33,428 bases of DNA from an uncultured Oscillospiraceae bacterium (GTDB lineage Bacteria > Bacillota > Clostridia > Christensenellales > CAG-314): the NCBI GenBank assembly GCA_964474475.1, contig CAYYTD010000001.1:1-33428 (forward strand), given 5' to 3'. The position numbers were made by a program, and so were the translations under genes. Below are positions 25,383 through 33,428 of this stretch, one piece after another (position 1 is the first letter of the stretch; the number at the start of each line of letters is the position of its first letter). The notes beneath the pieces are model-generated. The model saw nothing but the letters and a program-made list of their open reading frames with translations, did no database searches and was not told the DNA's origin.

Positions 25383-26738
25383 CTATTTGGATAATTCGTA
25401 AATGGCTTGCAAATAAATTTTTGCCATAATTTTCAAGTGTTCCAAAATAATGCATTCGTTGGGCATGTGGATGGTTTGTTCTTCTTTGGGGAATAGGGGA
25501 CCGAAAGCCACGCAATTAGGCAAGCAGCGGCTGTACGTTCCTCCGCCGATTGCAATGGGCTCAAGGTTGGTGCCCATGGCGGAATTGTACACGTTCATCA
25601 ACGTCGTCACAAGTTGGCTGTCCGATGGCACGTGCAAGGGCTCACTCACGTGTCCTGCAACTATTTCAAAGTCTTTCGGTGTGTTGTCCACAAGCAATTT
25701 GTGCATGTAGTCGCAATTATAGGTTACGGGGAAGCGGATATCCACGGTTAGGGTAAGAGTTCCGTCCTCGGCAGTGGTGGCAACGCCCAAGTTACAAGTA
25801 AGGTGTCCGCTCGGTTGGTCGCAAAGGTCAATTCCCCAAGCTTTGCCCGTTGTGTCGCAAAGTTTGCTCGTGGCAAAGTTAAGCGTTGCGTTGTCGGGGT
25901 AGGCTTCCGCAAGCAAGCGAAGTACGGGGTGCAGGGCGTTAATTCCCTCGTCGGGAGTGCTGCCGTGCGCCGCTTTGCCCGTCGCCGTTAGTTGAACTTT
26001 ACCTCCGTCAATCAGCTTGACGGAAATTCCCAATTCGTCCGCCCTTTGCTTGGTTACGAGGCCCAGAATGGATTCGTCCGCAGTGACAACGCATGCTGAC
26101 GGTACCACGTTGGCGCGCGTGCCTGCTGCAATGTTTACGTCTTGGGGCAACTTGCCGCACACCACGTCAAATTGGAATATGCCCTTTTCCCTGTTGATTA
26201 CGGGAAAATCTCCGTCGGGCGAAAAGGACACCGTGGGGAAGGGCATTTTCGTAAAGTAATGTTCAACGCACTCCATGCCGCTTTCTTCGTCGCAACCGAA
26301 AATGAGCCTAACGGTTTTGGAAGGCTTAAAGCCTGCTTCTTTCAGTGCTTTTACGGCAAATAAGCAAGCAATCATGGGGCCTTTGTCGTCCATTGCTCCG
26401 CGTCCCCACAGTTTTCCGTCGGCAATTTCGCCGCCAAAGGGGTCGTGATCCCATTCGGATGGGATGGCGGGCACCACGTCCAGATGTCCCAAAATTCCCA
26501 AAACTTCGCTTCCGCTGCCTGCAAAATCCACGTGCCCGGCGTAGCCGTCGCAATCGTAGGTGTTTAGTCCAAAGGATTTTGCCTTTTGCAATACGTAGGT
26601 CAAGCAGTCTTTAACGGGCTGTCCAAAGGGGGCGCCTTCTGCCGCGGCAGCTCTTTCGGTGTTGAACGAAATAGTCTTTTGAAGTGTTTCGACCATTTCG
26701 TTAAAATCGTTGTTTAGTATTTTTTTTGCTTCAAGCAT
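25383..26738 (-). CDS. pepV: M20-family dipeptidase PepV (Sapep-type)
   Basis: 451 aa. Motifs LGILGHLDVVP, GRGAMDDKGP and FGCDEESG are typical of PepV/M20A. Confidence 0.85.
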   Translation of the reverse strand: MLEAKKILNNDFNEMVETLQKTISFNTERAAAAEGAPFGQPVKDCLTYVLQKAKSFGLNTYDCDGYAGHVDFAGSGSEVLGILGHLDVVPAIPSEWDHDPFGGEIADGKLWGRGAMDDKGPMIACLFAVKALKEAGFKPSKTVRLIFGCDEESGMECVEHYFTKMPFPTVSFSPDGDFPVINREKGIFQFDVVCGKLPQDVNIAAGTRANVVPSACVVTADESILGLVTKQRADELGISVKLIDGGKVQLTATGKAAHGSTPDEGINALHPVLRLLAEAYPDNATLNFATSKLCDTTGKAWGIDLCDQPSGHLTCNLGVATTAEDGTLTLTVDIRFPVTYNCDYMHKLLVDNTPKDFEIVAGHVSEPLHVPSDSQLVTTLMNVYNSAMGTNLEPIAIGGGTYSRCLPNCVAFGPLFPKEEQTIHMPNECIILEHLKIMAKIYLQAIYELSK

Positions 26739-26961
26739 AATTCAACCTCGCTTGTAACGGCAACGCTTTTTGTCGGCAAGCGAAGAAAGGTCGATTTTGC
26801 AGAGATAAAAAGCTGCAAATGGGGGGCAATATCTACGCTAATATGCGAACAAAAGGACATTTTTTGCCGTTATTTAAAATTTTCTACGTATAGTATACAC
26901 AAATTTGCGATAATGTGCTATTATATTTGCAAATATTCTTACAAAAAAGGAATCGACGGTT

Positions 26962-27732
26962 ATGTCTAACAAAAAGAGCGGTGCCGGCGGTGAAAGCAAC
27001 GGCGAAAAAAAGAAAAAGAACGAATGCCTCAACGTGGGCCACAGAGCGCGTTTGCGCGAAAGAATGTTGAAAGAGGGGCTTCAAAACTTTGAAGACCACG
27101 AACTGTTGGAGCTGATGTTGTTCAACAGCATTCCGCGCAGAGACACAAACGGCATTGCACATGAGCTATTGAACGAATTTGGCAGCGTAGCCAACGTCGT
27201 AGATGCTCCGCCGGAAAAATTGATGATGATCAAGGGAATTTACAAGACTACGGCTTGCGAAATTTCCATGATCAAAGAGGTGTGGCAACGGTACTTGCGC
27301 GATACGGCGCCCAACGTTTTATTGAAAACCCCGGGCGACATTGCCTTGTACACGCAAGTTTTAATTGCTCAAAGCTACGTCGAAAAGGTAGTGGTGGTTT
27401 ACGTAGACAGTTCCACAAACTTCCTCATGCAGGAAGTGTTTACATCTAACAGCACCAACATGGTAACGGTGGATATCCGCAAAATAATTTCAACCGTCAT
27501 TCGTATCGGTGCGGCAGGCGTAATTCTGTTCCATTGCCACGTCAAGGGCCCGGTAACGCCAAGTCAGGAAGACGACGTCTTCACCGAGCAATTGTTTTTT
27601 GCTTTGGCGTGCATCAACACGATGCTGCTCGAACACATCATATTCAACAACGCAAACCAATTCCACAGCTATTATCTTAGCCACGCAATTCAAGAGATAG
27701 CCGAAAAATACAACGATATGTTCAATCGGTAA
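26962..27732 (+). CDS. radC: RadC-like JAB/MPN domain protein
   Basis: N-terminal GHRARLRERMLKEGLQNFEDHELLELML. C-terminal JAMM-like ILFHCHVKGPVTPSQEDD, a variant of the usual HNHPSG...PS..D. Confidence 0.8.
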   Translation: MSNKKSGAGGESNGEKKKKNECLNVGHRARLRERMLKEGLQNFEDHELLELMLFNSIPRRDTNGIAHELLNEFGSVANVVDAPPEKLMMIKGIYKTTACEISMIKEVWQRYLRDTAPNVLLKTPGDIALYTQVLIAQSYVEKVVVVYVDSSTNFLMQEVFTSNSTNMVTVDIRKIISTVIRIGAAGVILFHCHVKGPVTPSQEDDVFTEQLFFALACINTMLLEHIIFNNANQFHSYYLSHAIQEIAEKYNDMFNR

Positions 27733-27746
27733 ATAAAGAGGTAATC

Positions 27747-29177
27747 ATGAAAGAACTACGCACGAGATTTGCTCCCAGCCCCACGGGCTACCTTCACATC
27801 GGAGGTTTGAGGACTGCATTATATAGCTATTTGTACGCAAAAAAGAACAACGGCAAGTTTGTTTTGCGTATTGAAGACACCGACCAAAACAGATACGTCG
27901 ACGGCGCCGTCGAAATCATCTACCGCACGTTGAGAGAAACGGGCATCACCTACGACGAAGGTCCGGACGTGGGCGGAGATTATGGCCCGTACATTCAAAG
28001 CCAGCGCAAGGACGAATACCTTGCTTACGCCAAGCAACTTGTGGAAAGCGGCCACGCCTATTACTGCTTTTGCACCGAAGAGCGCCTTGCATCTTTGCCC
28101 GACGTAAACGGCGCACGCCGTTACGACAAGCATTGCTTGCACTTGTCCAAAGAAGAAGTGGAGCGCCGCCTTGCAAACGGAGAGCCTTACGTAATTAGGC
28201 AAAATATGCCCACGGAAGGCAGCACGACCTACACCGATGCCGTCTACGGCGAAATCACCATTGAAAACAGCGAGTTGGAAGATCAAATTTTGATCAAGTC
28301 GGACGGAATGCCCACCTACAACTTTGCAAACGTCATCGACGACCACCTTATGGCAATCAACTGCGTTATGAGGGGTATCGAGTACCTTTCAAGCACGCCC
28401 AAGTACAACTTGCTTTACGATGCGTTCGGATGGGAAAGGCCCATGTACATTCACATGCCGCCCATCATGAAGGACGCACAACACAAGCTTTCCAAGCGCA
28501 ACGGCGATGCCAGCTACGAAGATCTCATCAAGAAAGGCTTTTTGAAGGACGCCATCATCAATTACATTGCTCTTTTGGGGTGGTCCCCCAAGGACGACAG
28601 CGAAAAAATGTCCTTTGAACAGCTCAAAGAGAAATTCGACGTCAGCGGCATAAACAAAAGTCCCTCCATTTTCGATCCCGTCAAACTTGCTTGGCTCAAC
28701 AGCCTTTACATCAAGGAAATGACTCCGCAAGATTTTGCCGACTACGCAACGCCTTGGATAGAAAATTGCTACTTGAAGCATTTCAACAAGGAACTCGTGT
28801 GCAAGCTTATTCAAAGCCGCATCGAAACCTTCGGCGAAATTGAAGAAAAACTCAAGTTTTTGGTGGAATACGGCACTTTCAGCAGCGAATTGTACTTCAA
28901 CCAAAAGCAGAAAACCGATGCGCAAACGGCAAAAGAAGTGCTGCCCCTCGTTAGAGATGCCCTTTCGCAAGTGGACGAATGGAACAACGCCCGCTTGTAC
29001 GAAACTCTCGTTCAGCTGGCTCAAAGCAATGGCTTAAAGAACGGCAAAGTGCTTTGGCCTGCACGTGTAGCGCTTACGGGGCTTGCCGCCACTCCTGGTG
29101 GAGCAAGCGAAGTTGCCGAAATTTTGGGCAAAAAAGAAACTCTTCGCCGCCTGGATCTTGCCATAGCCGCACTGTAA
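27747..29177 (+). CDS. gltX: Glutamate--tRNA ligase
   Basis: Class I signature RFAPSPTGYLHIGGLRTAL (HIGH) and KLSKRNG (KMSKS), plus the typical C-terminal anticodon-binding region. Confidence 0.95.
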   Translation: MKELRTRFAPSPTGYLHIGGLRTALYSYLYAKKNNGKFVLRIEDTDQNRYVDGAVEIIYRTLRETGITYDEGPDVGGDYGPYIQSQRKDEYLAYAKQLVESGHAYYCFCTEERLASLPDVNGARRYDKHCLHLSKEEVERRLANGEPYVIRQNMPTEGSTTYTDAVYGEITIENSELEDQILIKSDGMPTYNFANVIDDHLMAINCVMRGIEYLSSTPKYNLLYDAFGWERPMYIHMPPIMKDAQHKLSKRNGDASYEDLIKKGFLKDAIINYIALLGWSPKDDSEKMSFEQLKEKFDVSGINKSPSIFDPVKLAWLNSLYIKEMTPQDFADYATPWIENCYLKHFNKELVCKLIQSRIETFGEIEEKLKFLVEYGTFSSELYFNQKQKTDAQTAKEVLPLVRDALSQVDEWNNARLYETLVQLAQSNGLKNGKVLWPARVALTGLAATPGGASEVAEILGKKETLRRLDLAIAAL

Positions 29178-29465
29178 GCCTTTTGGTGGCCACAACAACG
29201 GAAAACGGAACAAAGGTTAGTAAGTAATTGCAAATTCGCCTTTTGCTGCCACCGCCAATCCTACGCCCTTGTAGAGAAACGCAAGAATGTTTGCAAACGG
29301 CAAACCTGCACGAAAGGCGCGATGGAACAATCGTATAAATCAAGAATCGTGTAGAGGCGAATATTGCACAAAAAATTGTGCAAAGATGAATACCGTGCGA
29401 GCAATCGTGAAAAAACGTCGCACAAATGATTGTGTAAAAAATTGTAAAAAATGTATTGTACAAAG

Positions 29466-29508
29466 AAAGCGGCGCAGACCTAGCCAAAGTGCAGGTTTGC
29501 GCCGCTTT
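29466..29508. terminator. Hairpin in the convergent gltX/deoD intergenic region (probable deoD terminator, possibly bidirectional)
   Basis: AAAGCGGCGCAGACC (29466-29480) pairs with GGTTTGCGCCGCTTT (29494-29508), one G-U pair, 13-nt loop. Both flanks are T-rich. It lies 26 nt past the deoD stop. Confidence 0.45.
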
Positions 29509-29533
29509 ATTAGGTATTCACGATGTTCGGCAA

Positions 29534-30247
29534 TTATTCTTGCGTGCCAATTTCAAGCGCCAGTATCATCATTTCGTGGAAAGAGTTTTGGCGTTCGTCG
29601 GAGGACAATTCCTCGCCCGTCAACAGGTGGTCAGAAATCGTGCAAATGCACAACGCTTTTTTGTTAGCGCGTGCCGCATTCAAGTAGAGGGCTGCCGATT
29701 CCATTTCAACCGCCAACACTCCCATTTTGCCCCAAACCGCGCTGCCTGCGCCGTCGTCGTAAAAGGTGTCGCTCGAAAGAATATTGCCCACCTTGTATTC
29801 GTAGCCGAGTTCTTTTGCCTTTGCAACGGCTTTTTCCAGCAATTCGTAGCTGCAAATGGGAGCAATAGTGCCGGGCATGCCAAATTGATGTGCAAAGTTG
29901 CTGTTGGTGCACGCGCCTTGTGCAAAAACAAGGTTGCGAAGTTTCAAGTCAGGGTGAATTGCTCCTGCCGAACCGATACGGATAATGTTTTCCACTCCGT
30001 AAAAGTTGTACAGTTCATAGCTGTAAATTCCAATAGACGGAATTCCCATGCCGCTTGCCATCACGGATATGCGTTTTCCCTTGTAAGTGCCGGTGTAGCC
30101 TTGCACTCCGCGCACGTTGTTAACCAAAACGGGGTCGGTAAGATAGTGTTCCGCAATGTATTTTGCCCTAAGCGGGTCGCCGGGCATAAGCACCGTAGGC
30201 GCAAAGTCGCCTGCTTTTGCAGAAATATGAGGGGTAGGTATAGCCAT
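29534..30247 (-). CDS. deoD: Purine nucleoside phosphorylase, DeoD type
   Basis: MAIPTPHISAKAGDFAPTVLMPGDPLRAKYIAE..., GMGIPS and VEMESAALY resemble E. coli DeoD closely along the full length. RBS GGAGG. Confidence 0.95.
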   Translation of the reverse strand: MAIPTPHISAKAGDFAPTVLMPGDPLRAKYIAEHYLTDPVLVNNVRGVQGYTGTYKGKRISVMASGMGIPSIGIYSYELYNFYGVENIIRIGSAGAIHPDLKLRNLVFAQGACTNSNFAHQFGMPGTIAPICSYELLEKAVAKAKELGYEYKVGNILSSDTFYDDGAGSAVWGKMGVLAVEMESAALYLNAARANKKALCICTISDHLLTGEELSSDERQNSFHEMMILALEIGTQE

Positions 30248-30426
30248 TTTTGCCTCCTTCGGCGAGTGGTATTTGTGGTTGCCTTTTGCAACGTTTCGCC
30301 GTCATCCGTGTTATTATAACCAAAGTTTTGGTAATTGTCAATACCGACGGAGGCGTTTTAGCCGCGCGGCTGTAACGCAAGTGGGTAATTTTGGCGGAAA
30401 TGTGCGGCACAAAGTTGTAGTAACGC

Positions 30427-30455
30427 TTGACTAATCTCTTGCGATTTGCTAAAAT
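30427..30455 (+). promoter_or_regulatory. Near-consensus sigma-70 promoter with extended -10, upstream of rpmH
   Basis: TTGACT (30427-30432), a 17-nt spacer, then TGcTAAAAT (30447-30455). This leaves a leader of about 135 nt before the rpmH ATG. Confidence 0.6.
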
Positions 30456-30597
30456 GAGCTGTATGCATAATGGTTTAGTATGCTTATGCAAGCCGTGCGT
30501 CGGTCAAACGGAGAGTTTTGTGGCGCAAAGGGCACGCATGCAGTACTAATTTGCAAAAAATAATAACGCGTATATCGCGACGAATAAGGAGAGTATC

Positions 30598-30732
30598 ATG
30601 AAAAGAACTTATCAACCCAAAAAAAGACAAAGAAGCAAAGTGCACGGATTTAGAGCCAGAATGAAAACAACCGGCGGACGCAGAGTACTTGCAAGACGCA
30701 GAAACAAGGGTCGTCATTCTCTTTCGGCATAG
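30598..30732 (+). CDS. rpmH: 50S ribosomal protein L34
   Basis: Not in the supplied ORF track because it is too short. Hand translation gives [55 protein letters not shown] lies 5 nt upstream. Confidence 0.95.
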   Translation: MKRTYQPKKRQRSKVHGFRARMKTTGGRRVLARRRNKGRHSLSA

Positions 30733-30744
30733 TAGAGGCTTGTT

Positions 30745-31074
30745 TTGAAGTCTATCTACAGACTGAAAAAAAATTACCAATACAACTACGTATACAAGCA
30801 CGCAACTAGCGTTGCGGATAGGCACTTCGTTTTGCTGTATTGCAAAAGCAACTTGCAACAAAGCAAATTTGGTTTTTCCGTTAGCAAAAAGTACGGTCAC
30901 GCCGTGCAGCGCAACAGAATTCGCAGACAAATGAAGGCAGCCGCATCGGTATATGCAGGGCAAGTAAAAAGCGGATACAACGTCGTGTTCATTCCTCGCG
31001 CAGGTGTCGAGTACGAATATTCCGCCATTTTGGCAAGTTTTCGCAAATTGCTTACCAAGGCAGGTTTGCTATGA
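30745..31074 (+). CDS. rnpA: Ribonuclease P protein component
   Basis: 109 aa and basic. Sequence LKKNYQYNYVYKHATSVADRHFVLLY...FGFSVSKKYGHAVQRNRIRRQMK. It has the canonical position after rpmH. TTG start. Confidence 0.85.
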   Translation: MKSIYRLKKNYQYNYVYKHATSVADRHFVLLYCKSNLQQSKFGFSVSKKYGHAVQRNRIRRQMKAAASVYAGQVKSGYNVVFIPRAGVEYEYSAILASFRKLLTKAGLL

Positions 31075-31316
31075 AGTACGTTGCCATTGCATTGCTCAAG
31101 CTGTACAAAGCAACCCTTTCCAAGTGGAAAGGCGCAAAAACGTGCATTTACACGCCCAGTTGTTCCGTCTATTCCATCGAGGCTTACCAAAGTTTCGGTT
31201 TTTGGGGCGGCAGTTGGCTAACGGCAAAAAGGTTGCTAAGGTGCGCTCCGTGGGGCAAGGGCGGGTTCGATCCCGTTCCGCAAAACCTCAAGGGGAGCAT
31301 CAAGTGGTATTTGTAA
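31071..31316 (+). CDS. yidD: Membrane protein insertion efficiency factor YidD
   Basis: CIYTPSCSVYSIEAYQSFGFWGGSWLTAKRLLRCAPWGKGGFDPVP. The start overlaps the rnpA stop (ATGA). Confidence 0.9.
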   Translation: MKYVAIALLKLYKATLSKWKGAKTCIYTPSCSVYSIEAYQSFGFWGGSWLTAKRLLRCAPWGKGGFDPVPQNLKGSIKWYL

Positions 31317-31348
31317 CGTAGTTACGCATTATTTGTGTTGGAGTAACA

Positions 31349-32644
31349 ATGAACAAAAAAACAAAAACAACAATTATCATCGCATTGTTGATGCTGCTGT
31401 GTTTGTGCGTGCTGTGCGCGTGCCAAACCCAACAAGTAAGCTTGTTCGAGTACGACGAGAGCGAATTAGGCTTGGTAGGCAAGCTTGTCCGCCTCATGCA
31501 CCAAGAGTGGATTGGTCAAGGCAATTACGGTTGGACGGTTGTAATATTTACCGTATTTCTCAAAATCGTAATGTTGCCGCTCGATATCTGGCAGCGTTAT
31601 TCTTCGCGTAAAAGCGCAGTCAAAATGGAAGCCATGAGACCTGTCATGGAAGACATTGACAAGCGTTACGGCGCAAATAGTCAACGTGGCAACGAAGAAA
31701 AGCAAAAGCTGTACAAAAAGCAAGGGTATTCCATGCTCAGCACCTGCTTGCCCATGATTTTATCCATGGTCATTTTCTTCGTCATGTTCGGCGGATTGAA
31801 CAAGTATTCTACTTATAGTAGCGTAACCAACTTCAAAACGCTGTCTTCCACCTACGCCGATGCGCGCATTGCCGAGCTAGATAAATCCGAGTATTCCGTA
31901 ATTAGTGCCAAGTACGACGAAATCAAGGCCAAAATCGATGCCGAAACTTCCAAGGAAAGCCAAGAAGTTCAACAAAGCCAACAGAGAATTTTTACCGACA
32001 AGGTAAAGGCTTGGCAACAATTGCTTAACGATTGCCGCACCGATACGGCTTTAATGGCGCAGTTAGATACCATCGATTCCGCCGCATCGCAAGCCGTAAA
32101 GGAGCAATATCTTGCTCAAAAGGAAAGTTGGTTGTGGATTCAAAACGTGTGGCAGCCTGATACTTGGTCTACCATCATGCCCGATTATGACACCTTTTCC
32201 AATTCGGTCAACATGGAATTTGCTGGCAGCGAAGGCATTTACAACAAAGTGCGCCAAGCAGTGCTTTCAACGGGAGAGCGCGGCGAAAGCGGCAGCTGGA
32301 ACGGACTAATGATTTTGCCCATATTGTCAATAGGTTTGTCCTTCCTGTCTTTGTGGATTTCGCAACGTGTCGAGCGCAAGAACCGCAACGGTCAAGTTGC
32401 GCCTGCCGCCAACGATCAGCAAGCAGCCTCTAACAAGATGATGATGATAATGATGCCGTTGATGATGGCTTTGTTCGGATTTATGTATACGGGCGCGTTT
32501 GCAATCTACATGGTAGTTAACTATTCTATCAGCATCTTGTCAACGTTGGCTCTTCGTGCCCCCGTCGAAAAGATGGTGCAAAAGAACATCGAAAAATCCA
32601 ACAACTCCTCCGGCGGTCCCCAAAAGGCTAATTACGAGAGGTAG
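31349..32644 (+). CDS. yidC: YidC/Oxa1-family membrane insertase (lipoprotein) with an enlarged hydrophilic loop
   Basis: Lipobox CVLCAC-Q. Core motifs: MRPVMEDIDKRYG...KLYKKQGYSMLSTCLPMILSMVIFF, WLWIQNVWQPD and a C-terminal basic tail. About 110 aa lie between the TM at nt ~31750-31800 and the WLWIQNVW motif at nt ~32128. Confidence 0.85.
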   Translation: MNKKTKTTIIIALLMLLCLCVLCACQTQQVSLFEYDESELGLVGKLVRLMHQEWIGQGNYGWTVVIFTVFLKIVMLPLDIWQRYSSRKSAVKMEAMRPVMEDIDKRYGANSQRGNEEKQKLYKKQGYSMLSTCLPMILSMVIFFVMFGGLNKYSTYSSVTNFKTLSSTYADARIAELDKSEYSVISAKYDEIKAKIDAETSKESQEVQQSQQRIFTDKVKAWQQLLNDCRTDTALMAQLDTIDSAASQAVKEQYLAQKESWLWIQNVWQPDTWSTIMPDYDTFSNSVNMEFAGSEGIYNKVRQAVLSTGERGESGSWNGLMILPILSIGLSFLSLWISQRVERKNRNGQVAPAANDQQAASNKMMMIMMPLMMALFGFMYTGAFAIYMVVNYSISILSTLALRAPVEKMVQKNIEKSNNSSGGPQKANYER

Positions 32645-32647
32645 AAA

Positions 32648-33412
32648 ATGAAAAAAACTCAGGCAAGCGGTCGCACCTTGGCTATTGCGGTACAAAACGC
32701 ATTAAACGAGTTGCAACTGACGAAAGAACAGGTAGAAATTACCGTTCTTCAACAGGGTGGGTTGTTCAGGCAGTTCAAGGTGGAAGTCACCGAAAAACCG
32801 CAACAAATTCCGCAAGAACAACCGCAGCCCCAAATCGAACAACAACAACCTGCACAACCTCAAGCGGAAGTTGTGGCGGAAAGTACGTCAAACGGCGTTG
32901 CCGTGCAAGAATTTTTGCAAACCGTGCTTGCCAAAATGGGGCTTAACTGCTCCGTCGATGTTACGGTTGCCAAAGATTCCGTTCAACTGGACATCAGCGG
33001 CGAAGATACCCCTTGTGCCATCGGCTATCGCGGCGAAGTATTGGATGCCCTTCAATATTTGTGCAGCTTGCAGTCCTCAACCGAAACCAAGCACAAGCGC
33101 GTAGTGGTCGATGCCGAGGGCTACAGGACAAAGAGAGAAAAAACCCTGCAAAACTTGGCAAAGAATTTGGAGCAAAAGGTTAAGCGCACGGGCAAAGCCG
33201 TTAATTTGGAGCCCATGAACCCTTACGAAAGACGCGTCATTCACACGTCTTTGCAAAGCAGCAAGTTCGTTACCACTTCAAGCGAAGGTCAAGGCGTCAA
33301 TCGTCACGTCGTCATTAGCCCCATCGGGCAAGATAACGTCCTCAACGCCCCCAACGCTCCCCGCAAAACGCTCAACTTTGTGTACCGCAGCGAAAAAAAG
33401 CGCAGGAGATAA
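32648..33412 (+). CDS. jag: Jag/KhpB RNA-binding protein (Jag_N, KH and R3H domains)
   Basis: R3H motif LEPMNPYERRVIHTSLQ, a Q/P-rich linker, and the canonical position after yidC. Confidence 0.85.
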   Translation: MKKTQASGRTLAIAVQNALNELQLTKEQVEITVLQQGGLFRQFKVEVTEKPQQIPQEQPQPQIEQQQPAQPQAEVVAESTSNGVAVQEFLQTVLAKMGLNCSVDVTVAKDSVQLDISGEDTPCAIGYRGEVLDALQYLCSLQSSTETKHKRVVVDAEGYRTKREKTLQNLAKNLEQKVKRTGKAVNLEPMNPYERRVIHTSLQSSKFVTTSSEGQGVNRHVVISPIGQDNVLNAPNAPRKTLNFVYRSEKKRRR

Positions 33413-33428
33413 CCCCCGCCGCGGGGGG
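33413..33428 (+). terminator. GC-rich hairpin directly after the jag stop (truncated by the window end)
   Basis: CCCCC-GCCGCG-GGGGG. Any T-tract would lie beyond the window. Confidence 0.25.

Noticed and set aside
25211-25429. A 72-aa ORF in the AT-rich spacer after repeat copy 2.
   Set aside because: It has no RBS and a hydrophobic, low-complexity translation. It starts inside the repeat and overlaps the 3' end of pepV on the other strand.
29287-29667. A 126-aa Cys/Lys/Arg-rich ORF (…CTKNCAK…CVKNCKKC…) in the gltX/deoD gap that could be read as a small Cys-rich peptide.
   Set aside because: It has no RBS and runs antisense into deoD. The Cys-Lys periodicity simply mirrors the repeated ATTGTGCAAAAAA-type DNA motifs. 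I treated it as a DNA-level signal and not as a gene.
30248-30597. oriC or a DnaA-box cluster upstream of rpmH.
   Set aside because: A scan by eye found only weak matches with 3 or more mismatches, e.g. TGTGGTTGC near 30283 and TGTGGCGCA near 30517. There is no dnaA gene in the window.
1-33428. Search for CRISPR arrays, tRNA or rRNA genes, toxin-antitoxin or phage-defence gene signatures.
   Set aside because: I saw no spaced short direct-repeat arrays, no cloverleaf-like or rRNA-like segments, and no nuclease, ATPase or methyltransferase-type ORFs. The accessory content of this window is glycan and redox related.

Overview
This looks like a Gram-positive (Firmicutes/Clostridia-like) chromosomal segment. 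The evidence is strong GGAGG-type ribosome binding sites, a lipoprotein ABC solute-binding protein, a lipoprotein YidC, the rpmH-rnpA-yidD-yidC-jag cluster, and no outer-membrane genes. The left two-thirds (1-23617) is one same-strand carbohydrate locus. It holds a LacI-type repressor (5' truncated), a GH125 exo-alpha-1,6-mannosidase, a sugar ABC importer (binding protein plus two permeases), a secreted protein of unknown function, and two GH76 endo-alpha-1,6-mannanase paralogues. Downstream lies a 1256-aa surface lipoprotein built from three repeats of one module. After it comes the most unusual part: a tightly packed operon of a compact System II cytochrome c maturation pair (ResB/CcsB-like plus CcsA) followed by three lipoproteins. 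Two of them each carry two CXXCH haem c attachment motifs. One is a beta-propeller fused to a di-haem cytochrome c peroxidase/MauG-like domain. The other is a PD40 propeller with an HzsA-like di-haem module, a beta-sandwich and a discoidin-like domain. The third has carboxypeptidase-regulatory-like domains. A YesL/DUF624 membrane protein closes the locus. The right third is mostly housekeeping: an ArsR-nitroreductase cassette bracketed by a 73-bp direct repeat that contains a terminator, then pepV, radC, gltX, deoD, rpmH (missing from the ORF track), rnpA, yidD, yidC and jag/khpB. I saw no rRNA, tRNA, CRISPR array, transposase or integrase. All family assignments come from motif recognition by eye and need HMM or structure confirmation.
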